This document shows positions 28,472-36,726 of a stretch of DNA of 64,000 bases, piece after piece. The stretch comes from a virus. Every line of letters begins with the position of its first letter. Within the stretch, counting starts at the first letter, position 1. The stretch lies in the UHGV virus genome UHGV-1384413; one strand, 5' to 3'. The notes beneath the pieces were generated by a model. It saw only the letters and a list, made by a program, of their open reading frames with translations, had not been told where the DNA came from and searched no databases. The position numbers were made by a program, and so were the translations under genes.

Positions 28472-28499
28472 TTGACATCTGAAAACTGCGGTGTATAAT
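28472..28499 (+). promoter_or_regulatory. sigma70-type promoter
   Basis: TTGACA, 16-bp spacer, TATAAT; approximate coordinates. Confidence 0.55.
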
Positions 28500-28530
28500 A
28501 TAAACATAAACTAGCAGAGAGGGATAAATT

Positions 28531-28722
28531 ATGGTAATTTTTAATCGAGACGGTATCATAGTTAGACAGCACCCATTCCTTGAATACTATCAAGTTGAGC
28601 AATGGTGTTACGGGGATTGCAGTCATTCCTATGGGCAAAGTTGGGGATATCGAACAGTTTTTGAATCAACAAATCTTGATAAAGTAAAACAGAAAGTCTT
28701 AGAACTTCTTAACAACAAGTGA
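28531..28722 (+). CDS. hypothetical protein (63 aa)
   Basis: ORF with GAGAGGG RBS. Confidence 0.45.
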   Translation: MVIFNRDGIIVRQHPFLEYYQVEQWCYGDCSHSYGQSWGYRTVFESTNLDKVKQKVLELLNNK

Positions 28723-28732
28723 GTATTATACT

Positions 28733-29065
28733 ATGGTAACATTAGAAAGACGTAAAGCTATCGCCGCCACACTGGCAGATATCTTTTGGGATTGCAATTT
28801 AAAAGATACTCGAAATTGTGGCGCATCTGTAGATGTATTATTTCCACGACCTACCATTATTGCGATGGGTAACCTGCTGGATACAGTTACAGGTGCATGG
28901 GATAAGGAGGGCGGTTTCTATATCTGGCAACCTGTCTACGGAGCCTGGAAAGAGGTAAGAGGCGCTGATGACTTTGGGCCTACAGCCGCTAAGATGGATG
29001 GTTGGAAAATTTATGTTGGGAACGATATGAAGCTGAAAGGTGAGATTGTTTACTGGTTACCTTAA
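28733..29065 (+). CDS. hypothetical protein (110 aa)
   Basis: ORF; weak RBS. Confidence 0.45.
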   Translation: MVTLERRKAIAATLADIFWDCNLKDTRNCGASVDVLFPRPTIIAMGNLLDTVTGAWDKEGGFYIWQPVYGAWKEVRGADDFGPTAAKMDGWKIYVGNDMKLKGEIVYWLP

Positions 29066-29085
29066 TAAAACGCAGGAGATAAAGT

Positions 29086-29331
29086 ATGAACAAAGGGTGG
29101 ACATTTGTAGACGGCGTTAAAAACATGCCTCTCGGAAAGTATATCGTAGCCATGGCTGACGAGAATGGTAATGTGGATTTCGGAGTTTGCGAGATTGTTC
29201 TTGCAGGATCTGGTGACTATGCCCACAAAACTGGGATAATTAACGGTCATTTCTACTTTGATTACAACCCTGTTGTGGCGTATATGGCTATGCCAGAGTT
29301 AGAGCTCCCAAAGGAGGGTGCAGATGTTTAA
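29086..29331 (+). CDS. hypothetical protein (81 aa)
   Basis: ORF with AGGAGA RBS. Confidence 0.5.
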   Translation: MNKGWTFVDGVKNMPLGKYIVAMADENGNVDFGVCEIVLAGSGDYAHKTGIINGHFYFDYNPVVAYMAMPELELPKEGADV

Positions 29332-29521
29332 GCTTAAATCTGCATGGAACATTGCTGTGGGTGATGAGATCCGCATTCCGGGTGGGAAGACCGTTATGAA
29401 GATATCCCGTATTGAATACGAAGGCGACCGTGTATTCCACATCTTTGCAGAAGATGGTCGGGAAATTTATGTACAAGCAGGCTCTCACATCTATATCCGT
29501 AAGAAAGGGGGTGACAAATGA
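29324..29521 (+). CDS. hypothetical protein
   Basis: ATG at M3 of track ORF with AAGGAGG RBS. Confidence 0.5.
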   Translation: MFKLKSAWNIAVGDEIRIPGGKTVMKISRIEYEGDRVFHIFAEDGREIYVQAGSHIYIRKKGGDK

Positions 29522-29847
29522 CAGAGATCATTATTTCAACTGCAGGGTATGTATTCCTGACAATCATTGCTCTGACCATTTTGGTGGCGGTATATGGATT
29601 TGTTATTCTACCTATTCTTGAGACAATTAGTTTGTGTCGGTGTTGGAGAAAGGCTTACGGTCCACAGCCGTGGAGGGACTGGCCCCACCTGGTTCGCATA
29701 GCGTTCTCTTATGCTTATGATCACGCCAGCAGTGCATGCATAACCGGGTATCACGCTCACAATTGGAACTGGGAAGGGTTGGGTAGATGGAATGTTATAA
29801 AGACCATACCTCTACGTATGCACAAGCCTAAAAACAAAGACAGTTGA
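29518..29847 (+). CDS. predicted membrane protein (109 aa)
   Basis: N-terminal hydrophobic helix (YVFLTIIALTILVAVYGFVILPIL); GGGGTGA RBS. Confidence 0.5.
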   Translation: MTEIIISTAGYVFLTIIALTILVAVYGFVILPILETISLCRCWRKAYGPQPWRDWPHLVRIAFSYAYDHASSACITGYHAHNWNWEGLGRWNVIKTIPLRMHKPKNKDS

Positions 29848-29878
29848 TACTTGAAAATCCCTGGCACATCAAGTATAA

Positions 29879-29905
29879 GGAGGATTTCTAAAATGGATTT
29901 CCTCC
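29879..29905 (+). promoter_or_regulatory. hairpin pairing the RBS with an anti-RBS across the start codon
   Basis: GGAGGA ... TCCTCC inverted repeat enclosing the ATG of the 35-codon ORF; approximate coordinates. Confidence 0.35.
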
Positions 29906-30000
29906 TTTTGATATTTTACCTGGCCGGATATTTTAAAATCCTTAGAAAATCAGAAAATGGATCGAAAACTAAAATGGATTTTTCAAGACAGGCGCGATAA
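29893..30000 (+). CDS. small hydrophobic peptide (35 aa), tentative
   Basis: ATG with AGGAGG 7-8 nt upstream; MDFLLLIFYLAGYF...; not in ORF track (below 60 aa); approximate coordinates. Confidence 0.3.
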   Translation: MDFLLLIFYLAGYFKILRKSENGSKTKMDFSRQAR

Positions 30001-30156
30001 GATGTGCTGCTCATTCTATCGTTCGCACCGTACTTTAAGTCACTATTCCAGATTTTCCGCACATACTCTCACCCTTCTACCAGAACTTTCCCAGCTTACC
30101 TCTGACCTTTTATAACAATAAGTCCATTATTATCAGAAAGTTTCGGCACATCTCTC

Positions 30157-30340
30157 TCGGTACTCGATCTGTTTTTCATTTCAAAGACCTGATTTTCTGA
30201 AAATTTTTCTCGATAAATTTCTTAGTACTCGATCTGTTTTTCGTTTTCTGAATCAGATTTTCTGGAAATCGTTCCGGCGCTCGACCTAAAATTTTTGGGG
30301 ACGAAATCGATTTTTCGTTTTCAGAAATGGATTTTTAAAA
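30157..30340. repeat. tandem imperfect direct repeats (about 66-bp units) in AT-rich non-coding region
   Basis: GTACTCGATCTGTTTTTC(A/G)TTT...ATTTTCTG(A/G)AAAT occurs twice in tandem, with further degenerate copies (TCGATTTTTCGTTTTC); approximate coordinates. Confidence 0.5.
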
Positions 30341-30487
30341 TTTATATATGGGAATATTTTATTGGATATTGTTTTATAGGAAATTGTTACGGAGGGTAAT
30401 TAGCATGCTAATTAAATTTATTAAATGCGAGGAGTTCTCATTTAGAATTTTGAATGATAATCATTCTCGTTTGCAGAATAACGGGCA

Positions 30488-30522
30488 CCCCCGGTGATTG
30501 TCTCCCGGCCCCTGTTGCCCCG
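30488..30522. repeat. GC-rich element, copy A
   Basis: CCGGTGATTGTCTCCC core shared with 30623-30659 and, inverted, 39596-39640. Confidence 0.5.
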
Positions 30523-30622
30523 GCTTGTTATTATAGTATCACACAGGACAAAGAAAGCAAGGATTTTTTGCATGAATTTTTAAACGATAATGATAACAGT
30601 TCTCATCTCATGCAACGCCCAT

Positions 30623-30659
30623 CCCCGGTGGTTGTCTCCCCCGTCACCGGTGCCTGCCG
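30623..30659. repeat. GC-rich element, copy B
   Basis: CCGGTGGTTGTCTCCCCCGTCACCGGTGCCTGCC; about 90 percent identical to the reverse complement of 39596-39640. Confidence 0.5.
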
Positions 30660-30868
30660 TCCTTCCGATAAGTATATTGTGCCACCTAGCGGGGCCGCTG
30701 TCAACACCTTTTCAAAAAATTTTCTAACCTGGTTCGTCCACCGCCGCAACCTGGCGGGGCCAACCATGCCGGGGGGCAAAATTATAAAAGTGGTTGCGCC
30801 TGGTCCTGAAAGGCAGTATAAAAGAATCAGGAAAGAGAGATACCCAACAAGGCGAGGAGGAAAATAAA

Positions 30869-31039
30869 ATGAAAGGTAAAAATAAAAAAGATATCTCAAT
30901 GAACTGCAAGGATATTAATGCAAAACGTGAAAAAGCGGCCCGTGATGCCCTGGTCAACTGGTTGGACTATGAAAAAAGGATGGTTGAAGCTGCAGGAGCT
31001 GCCGCCGGAGCTTTTTACCCTAAAAATAATTTAAGATAG
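30869..31039 (+). CDS. small basic protein (56 aa), tentative
   Basis: ATG at M26 of track ORF with GAGGAGG RBS. Confidence 0.35.
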   Translation: MKGKNKKDISMNCKDINAKREKAARDALVNWLDYEKRMVEAAGAAAGAFYPKNNLR

Positions 31040-31128
31040 CTATTGACAACGTGGCGAGTAACCTGGTATTCTTATCCACAAGATGAACAACACCGCTACA
31101 CCATGCAGCTAACAGAGAGGAAAACAGC

Positions 31129-31326
31129 ATGAACGCATACGGCATTAAAGTACGTCGCAATATTCGCCAGGTGGTCACCGATCAAATGGTTTGCCGGGTG
31201 GATGTAACCATCAACAATGGGCAAGGTCTTTATAAATTCCGTCGCGGTCAGAGCTATACCCGGCAACAGCTTAATCGTTGCGCCCTGACAAAAGGACAGA
31301 TCAACCACTGGTTTAATAAAAAATAA
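31129..31326 (+). CDS. hypothetical protein (65 aa)
   Basis: ORF with GAGAGGA RBS. Confidence 0.5.
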   Translation: MNAYGIKVRRNIRQVVTDQMVCRVDVTINNGQGLYKFRRGQSYTRQQLNRCALTKGQINHWFNKK

Positions 31327-31329
31327 GTA

Positions 31330-31358
31330 TTGACATATAGTCCGACACCAAATACACT
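31330..31358 (+). promoter_or_regulatory. sigma70-type promoter
   Basis: TTGACA, 17-bp spacer, TACACT; approximate coordinates. Confidence 0.45.
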
Positions 31359-31390
31359 AAAAGCACAAAAGACACTGAGAGGATAAAATC

Positions 31391-31789
31391 ATGAAAACCA
31401 CTACCTTTAATTTTGATAATGCGGACTTTTCTTTTTCTGATGTCAAGAACTGCCGTCGTGATCGTGGATTTTACAAGGCTTATAATCTGGTGGGCCTGGA
31501 CGATGACAATAATTTGCACGAAGTAGCTGAGATCCGGTATTATGCCGCCGCCAGCGGGAACACTCAATACTGCGTTTTTTGGATTCACGACAACAAGAAC
31601 AATAAGTACGGTTATACTGGCGGGAAGGCGAGCGGTCACGGTTACGATAAAGCTAATGCAGCACTTGAGAGCGCATTAAATGCTATGGGGATCACTGCCA
31701 ACGGCTGGATCTATGAAGAAGAGTTTTTGTCGGCACTTGCTAACCACCTGGGCTATAAAAAGCACATTGTAACATGCGCCCACGAATAA
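31391..31789 (+). CDS. hypothetical protein (132 aa)
   Basis: ORF with GAGAGGA RBS. Confidence 0.5.
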   Translation: MKTTTFNFDNADFSFSDVKNCRRDRGFYKAYNLVGLDDDNNLHEVAEIRYYAAASGNTQYCVFWIHDNKNNKYGYTGGKASGHGYDKANAALESALNAMGITANGWIYEEEFLSALANHLGYKKHIVTCAHE

Positions 31790-31871
31790 AAATTGTTGAC
31801 ACGCTGCAAAATTCAAGTAAACTAATCACAAAAGGCGGGAAACATTCCCGCCAACACAAAGGAAAAAGATC

Positions 31872-32276
31872 ATGAATAAGAACGTACGCCGCATCATGAA
31901 CGAGCTGGCAAACGATGAAAAAATTATTGACATGCATTTGATCAACATTTGCCGCCGTTGTGTAACATATAACAACCGCGCCGCAAAAGCGCGTGAGATG
32001 AACGCAAAAGGCACCTTAAAGCCCTTCCAGGTGGTGGTAAAGGCCATTAAAGATGTAACTAATACGGCAAACCAGGTACAGGGGAACACCAACGAGAGTA
32101 CCAGTATTGATCCGGCTTACATCATGAAACGGATCCGGACCTGCAAGAACAAAGAGCAAGTGTATAACGTCATAGACTGGTTGGATTCCATGGGCGACGT
32201 GGTGTACAATAGGTTTTCTGCAGCTATCGAGATCCAGCTTGACAGGTTGGACGGGAAAGTACTGAAAACTTACTAA
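31872..32276 (+). CDS. hypothetical protein (134 aa)
   Basis: ORF with AAAGGAAAAAG RBS; TTGACA promoter-like hexamer about 75 bp upstream. Confidence 0.5.
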   Translation: MNKNVRRIMNELANDEKIIDMHLINICRRCVTYNNRAAKAREMNAKGTLKPFQVVVKAIKDVTNTANQVQGNTNESTSIDPAYIMKRIRTCKNKEQVYNVIDWLDSMGDVVYNRFSAAIEIQLDRLDGKVLKTY

Positions 32277-32277
32277 G

Positions 32278-32322
32278 TTTATTTTTAGATGGCCTTGACT
32301 CCAGGGCCATCAATAAAGTAAA
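32278..32322. repeat. conserved 45-bp hairpin element, copy 1
   Basis: TTATTTTTAGATGGCC-ttgactccag-GGCCATCAATAAAGTAAAC directly after stop codon; 7-bp stem GATGGCC/GGCCATC. Confidence 0.55.
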
Positions 32323-32356
32323 CTAATCTCAGTTAAGCGAAAAAGGGGGCTTTAAG

Positions 32357-32476
32357 ATGAGCACTACACGCCAATACACAAAGGTAACTATTATCGTTTG
32401 CGTTGTCGGTTACATCCTGGCGCAAATGTTAATGAGTAGCGCTAACAGTTTTGCAAAATTTTTCTTAAATTTTTAA
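32357..32476 (+). CDS. small hydrophobic peptide (39 aa), tentative
   Basis: ATG after GGGGG RBS; TM-like KVTIIVCVVGYILAQMLM; not in ORF track; approximate coordinates. Confidence 0.3.
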   Translation: MSTTRQYTKVTIIVCVVGYILAQMLMSSANSFAKFFLNF

Positions 32477-32504
32477 TTGACAAGCTAACTTAGATTGATA
32501 TACT
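32477..32504 (+). promoter_or_regulatory. sigma70-type promoter
   Basis: TTGACA, 16-bp spacer, TATACT; approximate coordinates. Confidence 0.55.
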
Positions 32505-32555
32505 TAAACACGTAAACGGGAAAACTTCCCAGAACACACAAAAGGAGAAAACATT

Positions 32556-32906
32556 ATGAATACTTCCATCACTATGACCGCCGAAGAAAAAGCCCTGCAG
32601 ATCGCCGCTCTGAAAAAACAGATTGCAGAACTTGAAGACAAGATCGACAATTTTGAAATCGACGAAGACAAATACGACGATAAATATGATGAATGGCTAG
32701 ACGAAATCTATGGCGAAATTATGATCGGTTGTATCTCTTTTCTTCCGTCGCATATCCTCAAAGAGCTAGATCCTATCGCTTACCGCTGTGGCTTTAGTGA
32801 TTATATTGATAGCCTAGATATTGAAGATGACGAAGACTATCAGGAATTGCAAGCGGAGCTTGAAGAAGTGAAAGAAGAGCTTGCAGAACTGGAAGAAAAC
32901 GAGTAA
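32556..32906 (+). CDS. hypothetical acidic coiled-coil protein (116 aa)
   Basis: ORF with AAGGAGA RBS; Glu/Asp-rich with heptad-like repeats. Confidence 0.5.
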   Translation: MNTSITMTAEEKALQIAALKKQIAELEDKIDNFEIDEDKYDDKYDEWLDEIYGEIMIGCISFLPSHILKELDPIAYRCGFSDYIDSLDIEDDEDYQELQAELEEVKEELAELEENE

Positions 32907-32907
32907 G

Positions 32908-32952
32908 CTTATTTTTAGATGGCCTTGATTCCAGGGCCATCAATAAAGTAAA
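32908..32952. repeat. conserved 45-bp hairpin element, copy 2
   Basis: Near-identical to copy 1, directly after stop codon. Confidence 0.55.
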
Positions 32953-32995
32953 CTTTACACTGTTAACACTGAACTAATACAGAGGAGTTAAAACC

Positions 32996-33241
32996 ATGGC
33001 CGCACTAATTACCAAATATTATGCCCCTACCAACACCAAAAGCGCCCGTATCATGGTAAAAGGCTTCGGACGTAAAAAGGTTTACACCTGGGATTATTCC
33101 CTAGACATGGAAGACAACTACACCAACGCAATGACCGATTTTATTAATGATCTGAATAAACAGATCTTGACCGACTACAAAGTGACCGATATTGCCTACG
33201 TCGGGGAAGGCGGGATCTGTTTTGTAGGCATTGTGAAATAG
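32996..33241 (+). CDS. hypothetical protein (81 aa)
   Basis: ORF with GAGGAG RBS. Confidence 0.5.
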   Translation: MAALITKYYAPTNTKSARIMVKGFGRKKVYTWDYSLDMEDNYTNAMTDFINDLNKQILTDYKVTDIAYVGEGGICFVGIVK

Positions 33242-33287
33242 TTATTTTTTCGGTGGTCCTGGCTGCAGGGCCATCTATAAAGATAAT
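33242..33287. repeat. conserved hairpin element, diverged copy 3
   Basis: TTATTTTTTCGGTGGTCCTGGCTGCAGGGCCATCTATAAAGATAAT; same position relative to stop codon. Confidence 0.4.
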
Positions 33288-33316
33288 TTATTAACACCAT
33301 GAAAGGAGAAAGTAAC

Positions 33317-33670
33317 ATGATCAGCGGTGCAAGTTTTATCATTGGCGCTATTGCTACGGCTTTAATTGTAAACAAGATCCAATCCAAAAACGAAAAAGAG
33401 AGCAACGCCTTTACAGAATACCCATTTTGGGTATTCAACGACAACGAAGACTATATAATCAAGTACAAGGATGAGAAGGGCGACCAGGTAACACCACGAC
33501 CGATCCCGGCTTACAAGATGCAAGAAACACTATACCGCCTAAAGGCTGGAGGCGCAAAAATCGTAGACTTTTGGGGATATGATTGCAAGGATCAGGAGGT
33601 TATAAAACGGCGTATCCGTGCGATTCAGGCAAATATTGAAATCAGTAAAGGGGGAAGTTATGAAAATTAA
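33317..33670 (+). CDS. predicted membrane-anchored protein
   Basis: ATG at M7 of track ORF with AAGGAGA RBS; N-terminal hydrophobic helix. Confidence 0.5.
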   Translation: MISGASFIIGAIATALIVNKIQSKNEKESNAFTEYPFWVFNDNEDYIIKYKDEKGDQVTPRPIPAYKMQETLYRLKAGGAKIVDFWGYDCKDQEVIKRRIRAIQANIEISKGGSYEN

Positions 33671-33857
33671 TTTCGAAAAAATTGTAAAGCGCCCTCATGA
33701 TTCCGAAGAGTTGCCGAAACGCCGCCAGCGTAACAATAAACTGAATAAGCCAAAAAGGTTTGGGAAGATCTGGCGGAATCACTATGATCGCAAATTACCG
33801 GGCCTGCTTTTGGAACGTGAACGACAGGCAGAACGATACCGCCATAAAGACAAATAA
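33660..33857 (+). CDS. small basic protein
   Basis: ATG at M15 of track ORF with GGGGGAAG RBS; Lys/Arg-rich. Confidence 0.4.
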   Translation: MKINFEKIVKRPHDSEELPKRRQRNNKLNKPKRFGKIWRNHYDRKLPGLLLERERQAERYRHKDK

Positions 33858-33868
33858 CAACCAACGCC

Positions 33869-33893
33869 CCGCCATTGTGCGGGGCTTTTTATT
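33869..33893 (+). terminator. intrinsic terminator
   Basis: GCCCCGC-cattgt-GCGGGGC hairpin plus TTTTT; approximate coordinates. Confidence 0.6.
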
Positions 33894-34038
33894 TCTATCC
33901 CGCCGATAGCGCCCCTGGTTGGCCCCACAAGCCCCCTAAAAGCCCCTACCTATGCAATCCCCTTTCTTAACCTGAAAACAGCGCCCAGGGCCGTTTTATG
34001 GCGTTAAAAATATTATTGACAGTGATTTTATTTAAAGC

Positions 34039-34066
34039 TTGACATCTTAAACAGGTTAGATATACT
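34039..34066 (+). promoter_or_regulatory. sigma70-type promoter (second TTGACA 23 bp upstream)
   Basis: TTGACA, 16-bp spacer, TATACT; approximate coordinates. Confidence 0.55.
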
Positions 34067-34098
34067 AACCACATCAAAGAGAGAAAGGAGTAAACGCC

Positions 34099-34359
34099 AT
34101 GCGTAAATTAAAAAATTTTGATAAGGTTGATGTTGTCCTGAATAATTTTTACTACTGCAACAACAAGGCCATTTGGTGGCGTGATAGTTCCACCGATAAA
34201 GTCAAGGCGCGCTTTCTCCAGGGGCACTGGCAAGGCCGCCCAGTGATTAAAATCATGGGGCAATTGGCAGCGTTTAAAAATTGCCGCCGTGTTGATGACG
34301 TTGAAGAGATTTTAAACATTTTGCGCCACAATAATTTAAAAAATAGCGTTGACAAGTAA
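34099..34359 (+). CDS. hypothetical protein (86 aa)
   Basis: ORF with AAAGGAG RBS. Confidence 0.5.
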   Translation: MRKLKNFDKVDVVLNNFYYCNNKAIWWRDSSTDKVKARFLQGHWQGRPVIKIMGQLAAFKNCRRVDDVEEILNILRHNNLKNSVDK

Positions 34360-34375
34360 ATCTAGATAAGTATAC
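34348..34375 (+). promoter_or_regulatory. sigma70-type promoter overlapping the 3-prime end of the upstream gene
   Basis: TTGACA, 16-bp spacer, TATACT; approximate coordinates. Confidence 0.5.
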
Positions 34376-34433
34376 TTAAACACACAGGCGGGAAAACTTC
34401 CCGCCACTAACAAAGAAAATAGGAGAAAATATC

Positions 34434-35057
34434 ATGACCACCGTTAACATTACCACAGGTTACAATTTATCTTTCGACGTGCTGACCGATGAACAAAAAG
34501 AAAAAGCTATTGAAATGGTCCGCGAAAGAGAAGAACACAGCGGGGATAACTTTTTTGCAGAAAGTGTAATTGAAGACTATAAAGAATATATCTTTCCAGA
34601 GTATGGCCTTGAAGATACCAAGGTACATTGGTCCGGCTTTTGGTGCCAGGGTGACGGCGCGTCAATCAGTGCGGAAAACGTGGATTTAGAAAAATTCTTG
34701 CGTAAAGTCAAGTCTCTGACTAAATTCCGCTCAATTCGTCACTTGTTCGGCACAATGCACGATGGCGAGCTATCCGCAAGTGTTGAGCGTGATCCATATA
34801 GCCGCTATAGTCACGAAAACACTGTAAGCGGGTACATCGATACTACATGGCTAGACCTGACAGCCAAGCAAGAAAGTAAGGTTGAAGAGCTGGAAGAGTT
34901 GATCACCGAGACGGTGCGGGAGCTATCCCGCAAGGTTTACGTAGACCTGGAGCAAGCTTATCTTGAACAATTTACTACCGAAAACCTGATCGGCCTTATC
35001 GAGGCCAATGATTGGCGGTTTGATGTGGATGAATATGGCGAGATGACTTTTTCATAA
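34434..35057 (+). CDS. hypothetical protein (207 aa)
   Basis: ORF with AGGAGA RBS; HWSGFWCQGDGASI motif not assigned to a family. Confidence 0.5.
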   Translation: MTTVNITTGYNLSFDVLTDEQKEKAIEMVREREEHSGDNFFAESVIEDYKEYIFPEYGLEDTKVHWSGFWCQGDGASISAENVDLEKFLRKVKSLTKFRSIRHLFGTMHDGELSASVERDPYSRYSHENTVSGYIDTTWLDLTAKQESKVEELEELITETVRELSRKVYVDLEQAYLEQFTTENLIGLIEANDWRFDVDEYGEMTFS

Positions 35058-35065
35058 ATAAAGTG

Positions 35066-35093
35066 TTGCAATAACCTAAAAACCTGCTATATT
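35066..35093 (+). promoter_or_regulatory. sigma70-type promoter
   Basis: TTGCAA, 16-bp spacer, TATATT; approximate coordinates. Confidence 0.45.
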
Positions 35094-35145
35094 AAAACTC
35101 AAGGGGCAAGACGTTTGCCCCACACAAAACAAAGAGGAAAACATT

Positions 35146-35526
35146 ATGAAAAGCACCACTAAAGCCATTGACACCGTTATGTTTAACCTGGTTACCTTTC
35201 GTGAGGATATGAAAGATCTTCCACGTGAAACAGTGTGCGATCACATCGAAAACTATCGCAAACTGATCAAACAACTGCCTTTAAAACGTGACCAATATGC
35301 GGCTAACGCTATGCTTAACGCCATGATCAAAAAGATGATCCAGTGTGATTTAACTCTGGCCTATGATTATGCAGGCGGTCGTTTTGCAGTATACAATCAG
35401 CCCGTGCCCGGTATGAGCACCACTGAAGAATTGCACGCGTTAAATCTAAAACAAGATGTATGGGATAGCATGCCCCGCGTGGTGGTGTGGGCAGAAAGCG
35501 GAAAGATTTACGGCGATAATTTTTAA
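35146..35526 (+). CDS. hypothetical protein (126 aa)
   Basis: ORF with AAGAGGA RBS. Confidence 0.5.
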   Translation: MKSTTKAIDTVMFNLVTFREDMKDLPRETVCDHIENYRKLIKQLPLKRDQYAANAMLNAMIKKMIQCDLTLAYDYAGGRFAVYNQPVPGMSTTEELHALNLKQDVWDSMPRVVVWAESGKIYGDNF

Positions 35527-35593
35527 TCAGGTAACAGGCGGCGGCATATTTGCCGCCTTATTGTTAAGCAGAATTGTAAGAGAGGTACACAGA

Positions 35594-35965
35594 ATGGAAT
35601 TTATTATTTTGGCTGTATTAGTTGCCTTGTTCAACGCCTGGATAGCTGGCAAAACAGGTAGATCCGCTTTTCTATGGTTTGTTATATCTATTTTCCTGGG
35701 AGTGGTTGCAACCATTGTATTAGTTATCCTTGCAATTGTTGACAAGGATAATAATAAGAAAGGTAAAGTATTTTCCGACCTGTATGACGCTCAAACTTTT
35801 GTTAACGCCTATTATAGTGATCTTCCGGTCTCCTTGCGCTGCAGCCTAGCGCAACAAGTTTTCGATGAAGCTAAAACCAGAGAACAGGCCCATGAAATAT
35901 GTCTAACCGAGGCAGATCGCCTATTCGAGAGGAATAGAAAATATGTGGACCAGCCGTTTAAATAA
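35594..35965 (+). CDS. predicted membrane protein (two TM helices)
   Basis: ATG at M47 of track ORF with AGAGAGG RBS; two hydrophobic stretches. Confidence 0.5.
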   Translation: MEFIILAVLVALFNAWIAGKTGRSAFLWFVISIFLGVVATIVLVILAIVDKDNNKKGKVFSDLYDAQTFVNAYYSDLPVSLRCSLAQQVFDEAKTREQAHEICLTEADRLFERNRKYVDQPFK

Positions 35966-36184
35966 TGCCACGTTAATTAATCCCTTTAGTGAAGATTTGA
36001 AGCCAGCGGCCTGGCGTGAGGGATTCAACACAGAAAGATTTATTTTCAGGCCTGACCTTGAGGAATTTTATAACAATGGATCGAACAACGACAGAGATAA
36101 TTTTTCTTGTAATGTGCGTGGTGATAATACTCCTGGGGGCCATTACAAACCACGTCACTGCTAACAGGAGGAAAGGGGGAGACG

Positions 36185-36304
36185 ATGACAACCAAGGATA
36201 AGCCCCGCACCGATAAGGTGCGCCGTGTTATGGTATGGCTTGAGATCATCGCCCTTGAAATATTGTTAGGCGTAGGGATGTACTTTATCGCTGTAAGTAA
36301 CTGA
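36185..36304 (+). CDS. small membrane peptide (39 aa), tentative
   Basis: ATG with AGGAGG/GGGGGAG RBS; hydrophobic C-terminal half; followed by terminator hairpin; not in ORF track; approximate coordinates. Confidence 0.35.
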   Translation: MTTKDKPRTDKVRRVMVWLEIIALEILLGVGMYFIAVSN

Positions 36305-36308
36305 TAAC

Positions 36309-36338
36309 GGCCCCCAATCCCTGGGGGCTTAACTTTTT
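36309..36338 (+). terminator. intrinsic terminator
   Basis: GCCCCCA-atccc-TGGGGGC hairpin then T-run; approximate coordinates. Confidence 0.5.
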
Positions 36339-36360
36339 CAAAAATTTTTCTTCTAGGGTG

Positions 36361-36389
36361 TTGCAATCCGGTCCGGAATATGGATAATA
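36361..36389 (+). promoter_or_regulatory. sigma70-type promoter, extended -10
   Basis: TTGCAA, 17-bp spacer, TGgATAATA; same ATATGGATAATAA box as promoter near 37170. Confidence 0.5.
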
Positions 36390-36440
36390 ACAATCAACGG
36401 GGAGCAATCCCCACCACAAAGACTAGAAAGGAGAAACAAA

Positions 36441-36641
36441 ATGAGTAACAATATCCGCGTTATTAACTTCAAAAAAGAAGAAAAAATTGCCGTGCTGATT
36501 GACGGTCAAGAAATCTTTAAAGGTGATTATGAAGATCATCAAACGGCGATTAGTATCACTCGCGTGATTGGTTACCATAATTTTTACCCTCAAGGCGCTG
36601 AGGCAGCAGTAAAACGAATTAAAGAGATTGTAGGCCTGTAA
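36441..36641 (+). CDS. hypothetical protein (66 aa)
   Basis: ORF with AAAGGAGA RBS. Confidence 0.5.
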   Translation: MSNNIRVINFKKEEKIAVLIDGQEIFKGDYEDHQTAISITRVIGYHNFYPQGAEAAVKRIKEIVGL

Positions 36642-36643
36642 AA

Positions 36644-36688
36644 TTTATTTTTAGATGGCCTTGATTCCAGGGCCATCAATAAAGTAAA
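36644..36688. repeat. conserved 45-bp hairpin element, copy 4
   Basis: Near-identical to copies 1 and 2, directly after stop codon. Confidence 0.55.
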
Positions 36689-36726
36689 TTTAAACCCTGT
36701 TAAAATAATCAGTGCAAAAAGGAGTA

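Noticed and set aside
30454-30957. Three overlapping ORFs (one plus, two minus; 77-137 aa) across the GC-rich repeat elements
   Set aside because: No RBS, Pro/Gly/Arg-rich composition driven by the GC-rich repeats, mutually overlapping on both strands; more likely non-coding
34434-35057. Calling the 207-aa protein an antirestriction (ArdA-like) protein
   Set aside because: Only a vague acidic character and one motif (HWSGFWCQGDGA) prompted the idea; I cannot align it to any family I recall, so it stays hypothetical
32278-36688. Possibility that the repeated 45-bp hairpin elements form a CRISPR array
   Set aside because: Copies are 0.3-3.4 kb apart with whole genes between them, spacing is irregular and there are no cas genes; they are intergenic regulatory elements
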